A stretch of DNA of 64,000 nucleotides from Candidatus Latescibacterota bacterium (GTDB lineage: Bacteria; Latescibacterota; UBA2968). A program made the translations under genes and the position numbers. Shown in pieces: positions 9,845 through 19,621 of this stretch. Position 1 is the first letter of the stretch; each line of letters opens with the position of its first letter. The stretch spans positions 2,592,001-2,656,000 of the forward strand of contig OZ242311.1 in assembly GCA_965207885.1 (NCBI GenBank). The letters run 5' to 3'. The notes beneath the pieces are model-generated. The model was not told the DNA's origin and searched no databases. It worked only from the letters and a program-made list of their open reading frames with translations.

Positions 9845-9911
9845 CTGTATGCTTTTGTTAGCCGAATGCGGGTTCTAACCAGCCGGTTTCGTGGCTATGA
9901 AAACCATGTCC
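9845..9911 (-). pseudogene. 3' remnant of the methyltransferase at 14199-14246 followed by an attC-like left half (GGCTAAC, 9857-9863)
   Basis: 46/48 identity by eye between 9864-9911 and 14199-14246. Confidence 0.85.
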
Positions 9912-9956
9912 TTTTCTTGAGATTGATCCAAAAGTGCATCCCTCTTGGGTATAAAG

Positions 9957-9998
9957 TAAGAAAGAGTTTAGGCTGAATAAGAAAGAGTTTAGGCTGAA
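9957..9998. repeat. 21-bp perfect tandem duplication
   Basis: TAAGAAAGAGTTTAGGCTGAA twice. Confidence 0.9.
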
Positions 9999-10156
9999 AT
10001 TGAAGAAACGCTTGCATTTTTACAAGGAGGTGATGCGCTTGTGTAAAATGATGACGGTTCCTCTATGAGGGAGAGGCATGCGTATGCCACGAACGAGAAT
10101 CGAACAGAAACAACAGGTTGCGCTATTCGCTTTGAATGGCGTTTTTTTATTGCGTC

Positions 10157-10190
10157 GGCCACTGCACAATTGGATGCTGTGGCCTTTTTT
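10157..10190 (+). terminator. intrinsic terminator-like hairpin directly upstream of the AKR RBS
   Basis: GGCCAC.GCA/TGC.GTGGCC stem followed by T6. Confidence 0.55.
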
Positions 10191-10204
10191 ATTTGGAGGT
10201 GCCT

Positions 10205-11167
10205 ATGGATATCCTGAAAGATGGTTGCTGTCCACGACGACGTTGGGGAAAAACGGAATTGTCCATCCCGGTAATTGCCTTTGGAAGTGATGGATTTGGC
10301 AATCGGTTCGGCCACGTAAGTGATGAAACTGCCATAAGGCTCATGCTACGCGCTGTAGAGTTAGGTGTCAATCACTTTGACTGCGCTCGATGCTATGGAG
10401 ATTCGCTACGCAAAATAGGGTTGGCAATCAAGCAAAACGCAATCAAACGAGAGGATTTAATCATCACTGGCCGAATATGTTGTCACGGTAGTGGTCAATG
10501 GGGTCTCTTTGGAAAAGGAGATCCTGAATATGCATCAGAAATCGCTGATTATTCGTCAGATCGCGTGCTGCCAGATATTGAAGATCAACTCAAATGCTTA
10601 GAAATTGACCGCTTCGATGCGCTACTCGTTCACGGCCCCTGGCCTGTCGAACCATCCCTTGCACCGGGCGGTATCCTCGAAGGTCTGGAACAAGCCCGAG
10701 ATCGCGGTCTGGTAGATTTTATCGGCTATGGCATGCACCACCCTCCCTTTCATTTGAAAGCCATTGAATCAGGGCGGGTTGATGTCCTTTTGACCTACTC
10801 TGATTACAATCTGCTTCGCCAAAATGCAGCAGATGATATTCTGCCAGCGGCAGCAGCGCATGACATCGGGGTACTCAACGCCTGGTCTATTTTTAGAGGT
10901 TGGCTAACGGGTTTACCCGTTGCGTCGTTTGTCCCCCGACAGGAATGGAAGGAGGATCATCACCAGGCTGAAAATATCCGGCTCTGGTGTAAATCGCAAA
11001 ATGTTGATATGCTCCAACTCGCTCTACAATTTTGCCTGCGAGAAGCTCGAATACATGGCAATCCAATTGGCATGATGAATATTGAACAGTTGGAAATGAA
11101 CGTGGCTACTGTATTAAAACCATTGCCCGATGAAGTATTCGACGCTTTCAAACTGGCGCACTTATGA
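10205..11167 (+). CDS. aldo/keto reductase
   Basis: RRRWGKTEL, GVNHFDCARCYG, DALLVH; GGAGGT RBS before ATG 10205. Confidence 0.85.
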   Translation: MDILKDGCCPRRRWGKTELSIPVIAFGSDGFGNRFGHVSDETAIRLMLRAVELGVNHFDCARCYGDSLRKIGLAIKQNAIKREDLIITGRICCHGSGQWGLFGKGDPEYASEIADYSSDRVLPDIEDQLKCLEIDRFDALLVHGPWPVEPSLAPGGILEGLEQARDRGLVDFIGYGMHHPPFHLKAIESGRVDVLLTYSDYNLLRQNAADDILPAAAAHDIGVLNAWSIFRGWLTGLPVASFVPRQEWKEDHHQAENIRLWCKSQNVDMLQLALQFCLREARIHGNPIGMMNIEQLEMNVATVLKPLPDEVFDAFKLAHL

Positions 11168-11202
11168 CCACAGGAGAAATCTCAAAAGCACGTAGCATTG
11201 CG

Positions 11203-12237
11203 TTAATTGTCCTTTTTAACAGCACTTGCCAGAGCACGATCTTCTGCGTCATAGTCGAAGATGGACTGGTCGTATTCCTCCGGCGGGTTCTCGCGTTCCC
11301 AGTCAACCGTACGCTTCAGGCCCACGTTCAAATCCGTCCTGTGTTCCCAGCCCAATTCGTCGCGAATCCTGCTGACGTCGTAGATCAGGTCTTGCGCGGG
11401 GTTCGCCAGTTGTCCGAGATGGTCGGGTAGTTTGTTCTCGGGAAGGATTTGGATTTCGCCCTTCCAGCCCGCAGCCTTTGCAATCGATTCAACCCATTCT
11501 CGCTCCATGCAGTAATTTCCGTCTCCCACGTTGTAGATGCGTCCGGTAGCTGAGGCGTTTACTGTCGCGGCGACAATGGCCTCGGCGACGTCGTCGATAT
11601 ATCCGCGGATGAAGCGCCAGTGCGCGGTCTCTTCACCCAGCAAAATCACCGACCGACCGTCGAGCATCTTCTTGAGGTATCCCCAGGGACGGTGATCGCC
11701 GGGACCATAAACGGCAGGCAATCTGAGAATCGTCGTGTCGAACGCCTGTGAAAGTATTCGCTCTACAGGGATCTTGTCGTAGAAATCCATGTGTTTGTGC
11801 GGGTCGTTGTCAGACCGAAGCGATTCGCCGCGGTAGGGATACAGTCGCGTGCGGAGGTCTCCGTCTTCGCGGATGGGGACTTCCTGAAGCGGACCTGTTC
11901 CGTATCCTCTCATGATGTCATAGGCGTGATAGACGTCACCGCTCGAGAGGACGACAACTCTGGGCGCAACATCCTGCATGGTGTCGGTGAATGTCTGCGC
12001 GAATTGCTCGTTCATGGCAATCGTGTCAAGGAGGACATCCACCTTCAGCGATAGGAACTGTTCACGGAAGTCGCCCAGGTCCAGTCGATTGCCGTGAATA
12101 TGCTCGACGCTGTCCGGAACGAGATCGGCGTTGTGCTTGCCCCGGTGGAAGACGGTGACGGTATGACCGGCTTCGGTCAGCCTGGCGACAGCATGGGCAC
12201 CGATAAAGCGCGTGCCACCGATGACGAGTATGTTCAT
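11203..12237 (-). CDS. NAD-dependent epimerase/dehydratase family protein
   Basis: GGTRFIG, YDKIPVE, LRLPAVYGPGD. Confidence 0.9.
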   Translation of the reverse strand: MNILVIGGTRFIGAHAVARLTEAGHTVTVFHRGKHNADLVPDSVEHIHGNRLDLGDFREQFLSLKVDVLLDTIAMNEQFAQTFTDTMQDVAPRVVVLSSGDVYHAYDIMRGYGTGPLQEVPIREDGDLRTRLYPYRGESLRSDNDPHKHMDFYDKIPVERILSQAFDTTILRLPAVYGPGDHRPWGYLKKMLDGRSVILLGEETAHWRFIRGYIDDVAEAIVAATVNASATGRIYNVGDGNYCMEREWVESIAKAAGWKGEIQILPENKLPDHLGQLANPAQDLIYDVSRIRDELGWEHRTDLNVGLKRTVDWERENPPEEYDQSIFDYDAEDRALASAVKKDN

Positions 12238-12266
12238 GATATCATTGCTCTATATAGGAATGGAAT

Positions 12267-13226
12267 CTAACCGATGTCCTTCAAGATCTCTTCGGGGAAT
12301 CTCAGCAGTTCAGGAGTGACAGCAAGCCGCTCGCGAAACTCCCACACATTAAGTTTCTGTCCTGTGTATAGCCAGTGAGACAATCGATCTGCGCTGTAAG
12401 ATGCCCAGATGATGCCCACCACTATTTTTTCTTCTTCCGAAAGTGGACTCAAGGCAACATATCCCTCCCAAAACTGCCTTGTTTCCTCAGTTGTGAGGAG
12501 TCGAGCGTCCCCAGCTGGATCATGAAGAAGCCAGCGATCTTGGACCATTACGAGATCACAGAGCCGGGGTTGAAAGACAGCACCAATATCTGTGTACGCC
12601 ACATTCTCTCCATCGCGGATAGCATTCGCCGAACGCAAATCGTAGTGCGTCAATACCCAGGCTACAGGAACATCGAGAAGCCCGGAAGGGAGACTGTCTG
12701 TGAGAGAAGTAATCGCTTCCTTTGCCTCATTTGGAATCCGGCTCCACAAAACCGACCTCAGGCGTGGACCCACGAAGTCGCGAACGGGTCTTTTTTCCCG
12801 AAGGCGGCCGGGAAAGTGAACGGAGATATCATGGAGCCTGGCCAACTGCTTACCTGCCTCGGGGAGAATCGAAAGGCATGTGGAATCACACATTGTTCCC
12901 GGCAGAGCCCGCTCAACCGAAAGACAGCGATTCCCTATCGGCTCAGCAAGCTGACCGTCCTGTGTTGGGATGATGACCGGGACCGCCGCGCCCCAGTTGC
13001 CAAGGAAGTTGATAAACTCAACCACTTGATCAGCAGAGAAACCCCTGCGCGAGGAGCTCAAGCGAGCGTAGTATAGCTGCTTACTTGTCTCGACACGGAA
13101 GACCTTTGAGGTGCCGGGAACGACGGAATCGACTTTCCCTCTGATTCCCCACCGATCCTGCAAAAGCCTCGCGATATCATTGGTAGAGAAAAGTACCAAG
13201 CCCCACCCCTTTGATTCGATCTGCAC
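12267..13226 (-). CDS. APH/homoserine kinase type II-like phosphotransferase (divergent)
   Basis: GKQLARLH, THYDLRSAN, TDIG (variants of HGD and DF motifs). Confidence 0.7.
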   Translation of the reverse strand: MQIESKGWGLVLFSTNDIARLLQDRWGIRGKVDSVVPGTSKVFRVETSKQLYYARLSSSRRGFSADQVVEFINFLGNWGAAVPVIIPTQDGQLAEPIGNRCLSVERALPGTMCDSTCLSILPEAGKQLARLHDISVHFPGRLREKRPVRDFVGPRLRSVLWSRIPNEAKEAITSLTDSLPSGLLDVPVAWVLTHYDLRSANAIRDGENVAYTDIGAVFQPRLCDLVMVQDRWLLHDPAGDARLLTTEETRQFWEGYVALSPLSEEEKIVVGIIWASYSADRLSHWLYTGQKLNVWEFRERLAVTPELLRFPEEILKDIG

Positions 13227-13258
13227 AATCGCCCTGTTTTTAGAACGGTTTAGTTAGC

Positions 13259-13293
13259 GTATAACGTCCCCGTAGGGCACGGTCGTGTTATAG
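13259..13293 (-). other. 35-bp miniature attC-like hairpin
   Basis: CTATAAC-ACGA-CCGT-GCCCT-ACGG-GGAC-GTTATAC; upstream stop TAA lies inside R''. Confidence 0.7.
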
Positions 13294-14076
13294 GAGTTTG
13301 TCTTTTTCGGACTCTGAGGACACACTCAAGCGTTTTGCTTGCTCGGCTCGGTAGCGATTGATCCATTGGGCGTTGAGGTCATCAGCCAGACGCCTGTGGC
13401 GTGTCTGAATCTCACGCCCGGATGGTAGCTCTAGCTTGAGAAAGTCAAGGATGCCACAGGTCTCACCGACGGGATCGGCGGCAAGGTCTTCGTACTGCAC
13501 AAGGTAAGGCTGAATACCAACCGAAGCAAACCACACCCGCCATGCCGCATTGTGCTCATTGATCATCTGAACCAACTTGCAGATCTGGTCGAAGTCGAAC
13601 CTGGGTTCCTGTTCTGGCTGTTCCAATTCCGACTGATCGGTCTTGAACCAGATGTTGGTTTGCTCGGCGCGGTGCCAGGACACGGCCTGCGCCAGAACAT
13701 CATCGCGCTGGAGATAGACAAAGCGCGTATGGCCGAACACTCGGTTCAATAGGTCGATATCGCCACCAGTGATAGTTGGATAGACCGCGCCCAACCTGTC
13801 GACCACATAGTCCAAGGTCCCCCACATAATCCTTGCGGCAAACACGCCATTTTGGGTCCTGCCTGCGGCAAGGGCTGCTCGCACATATTCGGAATATTCA
13901 AAGACCTCATCAGACGAGTGGACAATGTTCCATCGGGCGGCCCACATTTGCTCGTCGGGCTGGCGGAAGTATGACTCAGGACGACCCGCGACTTCCGCAG
14001 ACGCCAGCAATCCACACAACAAGGTACTGCCTGTGCGTGGGGTGGTGCAGATCAAGTACGAATCCATGTGTTCCAT
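13288..14076 (-). CDS. Stf0-family sulfotransferase
   Basis: TPRTGSTLL PAPS-binding motif, RPESYF, QAVSW.RA.QT. Confidence 0.92.
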   Translation of the reverse strand: MEHMDSYLICTTPRTGSTLLCGLLASAEVAGRPESYFRQPDEQMWAARWNIVHSSDEVFEYSEYVRAALAAGRTQNGVFAARIMWGTLDYVVDRLGAVYPTITGGDIDLLNRVFGHTRFVYLQRDDVLAQAVSWHRAEQTNIWFKTDQSELEQPEQEPRFDFDQICKLVQMINEHNAAWRVWFASVGIQPYLVQYEDLAADPVGETCGILDFLKLELPSGREIQTRHRRLADDLNAQWINRYRAEQAKRLSVSSESEKDKLL

Positions 14077-14209
14077 AGACTTGTTTTTTTATGTTTTGCT
14101 GTTCAAATGGATTTCGAATCCCCACCAATGTTCTGTCTGCTTGTAGTGCGCTCTCTCGAAGGCATTGACCATCGGAAAATTTGTCGCCGCCGTTGATCGA
14201 ATGCGGGTT

Positions 14210-15013
14210 CTAACCAGCCGGTTTCGTGGCCACGAAAACCATGTCCGTATGCTCAGCGTTCAGGGGCTCGTCCGAGAAGTTACCCTTCACCTCCACGTCG
14301 GCGAATCCCGCCAACTGTAGCATCCAGAGCACCTCATTGCGATGATACCAACGCGTCTGGCCCACATGTACCTCTTCCTCGATAACCTGGTCACCGTCGT
14401 GGACCTCATACCGACGTTCCTGCATCTGGATCTGTTCAACTGGATCCTCTCCCATGTCTCGTAGATATACCAACAATCGTCGGCCGTCTGAGAGTTCCTT
14501 GTTTGATCGCAATGCCCATTCTCCTGGGTAGGTCTTCTCTTCTTCGCTGCCGTAGTAGTTCCGGTTCCCCGGAGAACAGGCGAATACGAGTTGTCCTTTC
14601 GGTTCCAGGTGGGTGAAACAACGTCGCAATGTCTCCAATGCCTCGGTACGATCCATGACACACTCGAAGCTCCCACAGGGGATATAAATAGTACTGTAGC
14701 TATGCGGAACGTCGAATGTCTGCATAGATTGCTCATAAAGGACCGGTTTGACTCCGACACGCTCTGCATCCCGGCGGCACACTGCCAGTTGATCTGATGA
14801 TATGTCTATTCCCTCAACGTCAAGTCCATCCTGCAGATAGGCGATCAACAAGCGACCCGCGCCACACCCTAATTCGAGTGCTTTGCCTGAGTTCTTCACG
14901 ATTATAGAACGATAGAATTCCTGGTCTCTACGGGGGTCGGTGACCGATATTGTGGCCCAATGGACGGACGCCAGGCCGGTGTATAGATCGCGTTCGTCGT
15001 ATCGCTGCTGCAT
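14210..15013 (-). CDS. class I SAM-dependent methyltransferase
   Basis: LELGCGAGR; paralog of 2362-3168. Confidence 0.9.
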   Translation of the reverse strand: MQQRYDERDLYTGLASVHWATISVTDPRRDQEFYRSIIVKNSGKALELGCGAGRLLIAYLQDGLDVEGIDISSDQLAVCRRDAERVGVKPVLYEQSMQTFDVPHSYSTIYIPCGSFECVMDRTEALETLRRCFTHLEPKGQLVFACSPGNRNYYGSEEEKTYPGEWALRSNKELSDGRRLLVYLRDMGEDPVEQIQMQERRYEVHDGDQVIEEEVHVGQTRWYHRNEVLWMLQLAGFADVEVKGNFSDEPLNAEHTDMVFVATKPAG

Positions 15014-15094
15014 TGCGTTGTCCTTGAGAAAGAGGTCAGTCTGGTCCTTATGACGTGGTTGTTTTCAGAGAATCGAATGTTGGGTGCTCTTTAA

Positions 15095-15997
15095 CTACAG
15101 CCTCTTCACGTATGCCGAAGAGACATCACCGATGCGGAATCCAACTCTGGTATAGAGCGAGACCGCAGCTATGTTGTTTTCGCGGCAGTTCAGAATCACG
15201 CGCTTATATCCTTCCTCTTGTGCCTCAGACAGTGCGAGATTGAGCAGATGGTGCCCTATGCCTTGCCGTCGGTGCTCCTGATCTACCCCAAGCCATCGCA
15301 AGTAACAGCAGGAGGCGAGTTCGTCAAGGTTGGCGTAAGCTTGACAACTGAACATGCGGCATATTCCGATTCTGGAATCACCAGAGAACGCCCTCACGAA
15401 TATGTCGGGCCGTTCTGCATGTGTCGGGACTTTCTCGACATTCACCCGCGCTGCAATTGTAGTTGGGATCACTCCTCCTATTCGTCGCTCCAAGGTCAGA
15501 TGGGCATCGTGAGGTGTGTATCCATTCTCACTGAAAAGTTGGCGAACGTGGGCGAGCCGATCAGACAGGACGCCAACCTTATAGTTGTGAAACGAGTATC
15601 CGTGATAGAGCGGAAACGCATCGATGTACCCATAGTCCGATAGCAAGTCTTCTACGCTCTCCAGCAACAACTGCCCGACCACTGGGAAATCTGGCACAAA
15701 CGCCAGGCAACGGATGATTCCGCATTCGGTGTCTTCGCCACGTACTTCGGCCGGGCCAGCACAAATGTGCGCGAACCCAACAGGCTCGGCATCGACAGAC
15801 GCAACAAGCAACTTCTGCTCCCTATCTGTTGCCAGTGACTCGCTGTCTTCCAGATTTGGTACAAGGCCACTTGCGAAGTCTTCGGGAACAACCGAATAGC
15901 TGAAGGGGGCCTTTGTCGTTGATTCCGACCAGACCTTGGAGAGACTACCCGCACGATACAGGGGCCACTCCTCAATCGTAGGTGAGCACTTGTCCAT
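15095..15997 (-). CDS. GNAT acetyltransferase (C-terminal GNAT domain)
   Basis: LGVDQEHRRQGIG, NIAAVSLYTRVGF; preceded by core GTTAGCC (16033-16039), followed by ACCCAAC (15079-15085). Confidence 0.85.
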   Translation of the reverse strand: MDKCSPTIEEWPLYRAGSLSKVWSESTTKAPFSYSVVPEDFASGLVPNLEDSESLATDREQKLLVASVDAEPVGFAHICAGPAEVRGEDTECGIIRCLAFVPDFPVVGQLLLESVEDLLSDYGYIDAFPLYHGYSFHNYKVGVLSDRLAHVRQLFSENGYTPHDAHLTLERRIGGVIPTTIAARVNVEKVPTHAERPDIFVRAFSGDSRIGICRMFSCQAYANLDELASCCYLRWLGVDQEHRRQGIGHHLLNLALSEAQEEGYKRVILNCRENNIAAVSLYTRVGFRIGDVSSAYVKRL

Positions 15998-16032
15998 TCA
16001 CTGTCCTCTCTACTGTCGATAGGATCGCGTTC

Positions 16033-16062
16033 GGCTAACATTTGGCATCTGCGACGGCGAAA
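16033..16062 (-). other. attC-like right half-site (core GTTAGCC)
   Basis: CGCAGATGCCAAAT-GTTAGCCG upstream of RBS and ATG. Confidence 0.55.
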
Positions 16063-16102
16063 GTAGTTACGAACTATTTCTTTGACATCTTTCAGAGCAA
16101 TC

Positions 16103-16474
16103 TTAAGCCTGCACATTGGCATAGAAATTGACGATGTTCCCATCCGGGTCACGAAACCAAACAGATCGGCGCCCCCACGATTGGGTTGTAGGCGATTTAA
16201 CAATCTCAACATTCATGGCTTTCAAACGCTCAAATTCCCGGTCGACGTCTTCTACCTCAAACTCGATAGTATAGCTACCATATCCAGCTCCCTTCAGGCA
16301 TCCAGGAGCCATCTTCTCCGTGCGTTCTGAGGAGAAGATTGACAAATCTGCACCCTCCGTTGGAATGATCTCAAATACATTTCCTTCTTCTGGTCCAAGT
16401 TTTAGTATTTCTCTGTAGAAAGCGCACAATCTGTCCACATTCTGCGTTATTATACAAATGCCAGTGAACCGCAT
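16103..16474 (-). CDS. VOC/glyoxalase family protein
   Basis: FEVEDVD, WGRRSVWFRDPDGN. Confidence 0.92.
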   Translation of the reverse strand: MRFTGICIITQNVDRLCAFYREILKLGPEEGNVFEIIPTEGADLSIFSSERTEKMAPGCLKGAGYGSYTIEFEVEDVDREFERLKAMNVEIVKSPTTQSWGRRSVWFRDPDGNIVNFYANVQA

Positions 16475-16579
16475 GATGAACCTCCAGAAGTCTCAGTGAA
16501 ATTCTTTTGGACAGCGCAGGACGCGTCGCCTCCTTCGAGGTGGGGAAAGTCACGGCTTGTGTATAAGGTTCTCGCCGTG

Positions 16580-16599
16580 TGCGCACGGTCGTGTTATGT
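16580..16599 (-). other. attC-like left half-site (ACATAAC-ACGAC-CGTGC)
   Basis: Follows the PhyH stop; same left arm as the 13259-13293 site. Confidence 0.6.
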
Positions 16600-17214
16600 G
16601 GTGTTACGCATCGCTCTGGCTGATTCCCTTCGCCGTCATGAACCGCGGTCGATCCAGGACGTTGAAGCTCCTCGAGTGCAGAGCCGACATGTTCGTGACA
16701 TACGCCTCACCCGGATCCCCTGTCAGTTCCACCACACGCAGAGGATGACCCCAAACGTCGGTGGGTTTTTCCATGAATCGTTGCCTGCGATCCTCGGAGC
16801 CCCTTTTATGAGTTAGATTTCGCAACCAGGTGTGAGAGGCAAAGAACCTTTGCTTTATGTGCTTGACCTTCAGGTCAAGCTGATGCGGGGTGAGCTCGTT
16901 GTAGAACTTGCACACAACGTGGTGTGAACCCTCAACCAGAACCGTGCCTCCGCCTTCCGGATCGACCTTACTCAGAAAGCAGAAAATGAAGATGTCGCGG
17001 AGTTGGTCAACATTGCGAAGCGGGTTTCCGTGCCAGTGCCAGTCGGTTGCGATGTCCCAACTTTCTCGCTGCTGGGGGAAGGTGTACAGCACAATGCCGC
17101 GATCTTTCGGGGGACGCCACCGTCCCTGACCGAGCAACTGATCTACCACTGCTGCAAATTCTGCCGTCATGGCTTCTCGAAAGATGCGAGAGTTTCTCAC
17201 GGATCGGTAGTGTC

Positions 17215-18054
17215 TCAGTTTGAAATTTTGCGGTACGTTTTTGGTCGATTGGGTTTGGGTGCGTGAGCATCCACCAGGTCAACGATCCAGCCCATTGTGT
17301 AGGCTTCGTCTGCCAACCCTGCCGCGACTGCTGGCGTTGTCTCCAACGTCAAATGCATCCGCACGAAATTGTAATACAGAAAGTAGAGACTCAGCATGTG
17401 AATGTGGTTTTCCAACTTCTTTGAAAACGCATTCGTCAGTCGCGTAAACCGGCGCATCCCCATTCGCATATTGAGATTCTGACGCTCAACGTGGGATGTT
17501 GAAATATCGCTCTCAACAGGGTTTCCAATCACCACACGTTTCAACTGGTTCGTCTCAGTATCGTAAATCTTCACCAATTGGGCAAAGTCTATATCATCAC
17601 CAAACGCGCCCTCGACCGCTTCGAGATACGCCCTCAGGCCATCCGTCGTCAATTGTACCCGGGTCACCAATCTCGCACGGAGATTCGATATAAACTCCAT
17701 TGCGGTCACAGCAGACCGATCTCCGACCTCATAGGCAATGATCAACTTTGTGTCTCGCTCTAATGCCGTCCACGTCCACACATCACCCGCACCGTATTGA
17801 TCCACATTCCCGTTTTCTACCGTTTTCTGCTTACAATAACAAAAAGCCCATATCTCATCACACTGGATATGGGCTGCTTCTATACCGCGCACATGCTCAT
17901 CATGGTAAAACGCACACACCTGTCCTGCATCTACCAACAACTTCAATACGGAGTTGATAGAACACCCGACAACACGGCTTACCGACCGCATCGACATGCC
18001 CTCACACAACATCGCAAGTATCTGTATCCGCTTGTTTTTGCTTAACTTATTCAT
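17215..18054 (-). CDS. IS1-family DDE transposase
   Basis: N-terminal HTH, QCDEIW, TTDG, STSHVERQNL.MR..RRFTRLTNAFSKK. Confidence 0.93.
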   Translation of the reverse strand: MNKLSKNKRIQILAMLCEGMSMRSVSRVVGCSINSVLKLLVDAGQVCAFYHDEHVRGIEAAHIQCDEIWAFCYCKQKTVENGNVDQYGAGDVWTWTALERDTKLIIAYEVGDRSAVTAMEFISNLRARLVTRVQLTTDGLRAYLEAVEGAFGDDIDFAQLVKIYDTETNQLKRVVIGNPVESDISTSHVERQNLNMRMGMRRFTRLTNAFSKKLENHIHMLSLYFLYYNFVRMHLTLETTPAVAAGLADEAYTMGWIVDLVDAHAPKPNRPKTYRKISN

Positions 18055-18305
18055 ACCTTAAATTTAGCGATTAAGGTGCTGTTTGTCAAGCATTTATGTC
18101 AAACTAAGTGGGAATGGTTGACAGGGTGGGGAAAAACGGTTAATATTGAATAGTTGCAGAGCGCAACGAGCCTGCCGAAAATGAGGTGGGCAAGGAAAAG
18201 GGCGTGTTATGAGCACGCCCCAAAAGAATGCCTTGGCACCAGACACTTAGATTATACTAAATTTGTGTACTGAGGTCAAGTCTTTAGTTAGAGGAGACCT
18301 CTGTC

Positions 18306-18491
18306 ATGGTAAAGTGTCAGCAATGCCCGTATCTTGGCTATTATGTGCTATGCACCAGAATCTGCCCTGAAAGGCAGAATCGGGCCGAACAGCAGAAGAA
18401 GCGTCAGATATTGGTAAAAACCATCAGACCAGCACCAGGCGTCACCTTGGAGGAAATCACGGTCATTGAGGATTATCAGATCCCGCGATAG
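18306..18491 (+). CDS. small hypothetical Cys-rich protein inside the IS
   Basis: GAGGAG RBS; CQQC and CTRIC. Confidence 0.4.
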   Translation: MVKCQQCPYLGYYVLCTRICPERQNRAEQQKKRQILVKTIRPAPGVTLEEITVIEDYQIPR

Positions 18492-18509
18492 CGACTAAAG
18501 CTATGTGGC

Positions 18510-19142
18510 CTATTTAATCTCCAATTTCCAGCGACGGGATACCTTCCGGTAAACCTCAACTCGCCCGCCCTCTCCCCAGCCATGCACATCTTTGTCACCT
18601 TTGTTGATGAGGTATTTAACAAGAGATTTAGGGTCTCCCTTCAGGCGGATGCTTGTGATGCGCGGACACTCCTTCTGGCCGCGCGGAGACTTCTTGTGGA
18701 GTATGATGTCGGGGTTGGTCCCACCAACACGCCGCATCCACCCCCGCGGCAATTCGTACTCCCTGCCTCCAATGACCACGGTGTCATCTACCCTTCTGCC
18801 CTCCAAGGGATCAGTCCACCAATTCCCCTTGACGGTTATCACATTTCCATTAGAACACTCGTACTCCCTGTCTCCAATGGTCACAGAATACAGATCCCGA
18901 GCCGTATCGTTGACTACTAACCATTTCACGAAGGTCATGGAATTGCTAGGAGTCCATGACATTATTATATGAAGGTTAATGGTGCCCTCTGTTCCGTACC
19001 AGGCCGTTGCATAGATCTCCGAATAGCGCAACTGACGGGCTTGGCCGCTATCAGTCCGTAAATAAGGCCGCTCAGTAGCGAGCATTGGCGAGCCAGCAGA
19101 GTACACAAGTACCGACAAAACAGCAAGAATGAACCTATACAT
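18510..19142 (-). CDS. hypothetical exported protein (IS passenger)
   Basis: GAGGAGG-like RBS, signal-peptide-like N-terminus; family not recognised. Confidence 0.65.
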   Translation of the reverse strand: MYRFILAVLSVLVYSAGSPMLATERPYLRTDSGQARQLRYSEIYATAWYGTEGTINLHIIMSWTPSNSMTFVKWLVVNDTARDLYSVTIGDREYECSNGNVITVKGNWWTDPLEGRRVDDTVVIGGREYELPRGWMRRVGGTNPDIILHKKSPRGQKECPRITSIRLKGDPKSLVKYLINKGDKDVHGWGEGGRVEVYRKVSRRWKLEIK

Positions 19143-19290
19143 TTAAACCTCCTCTGTGTGGTGAGTCGCCACATCCACCTGTAACAGAATTGACACAAAG
19201 CAGGTTTTTACTTACTTTGAAATCCACTCATTTACGAATCAGGTGGATGCAGCGATAAACTTTCAACGGGTGGTTCGCGTGTCTGCCTTT

Positions 19291-19327
19291 GCCGGGAGGC
19301 TCCGCCAGAGTCTTCCGGCTCTTTTTT
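19291..19327 (+). terminator. intrinsic terminator
   Basis: GCCGGGAGGCTC/GAGTCTTCCGGC stem followed by a T run. Confidence 0.6.
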
Positions 19328-19573
19328 GTGTATGAATGTGTGTGGAAAAGATTGCGCAAGGATGCCGGGTAGTAGTCACACTCACGCAGAGAGATGCGAG
19401 GAGGGCCCTACCTATTCACCGGGGACGGGTAGCTAATCCGCTCCACAATTTGGCTATTCTATTCAGCAGGCTACCCGACCAAGCGGGGCCTCTACTGAGT
19501 GTGACTAATCTGAAGCATAAGAAATGTACCACTGCAAAAAGCCATTGTCAAGGATAGAGTGGTTTTTGAAAAC

Positions 19574-19604
19574 AAAAAAGCCGAGATCGTATAGACCTCG
19601 GCTT
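19574..19604 (-). terminator. intrinsic terminator after the small basic gene
   Basis: AAGCCGAG/CTCGGCTT stem plus T6 on the minus strand. Confidence 0.65.
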
Positions 19605-19621
19605 ATTCCTTGCTCTGATAG

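Noticed and set aside
9957-9998. 21-bp tandem repeat as an array
   Set aside because: Only two adjacent copies with no spacer; likely slippage
10205-13226. Atypical catalytic motifs in the AKR (ITGR for the usual TK) and the phosphotransferase (HYD, DIG) as novel chemistry
   Set aside because: Cannot be separated from ordinary family divergence without alignments
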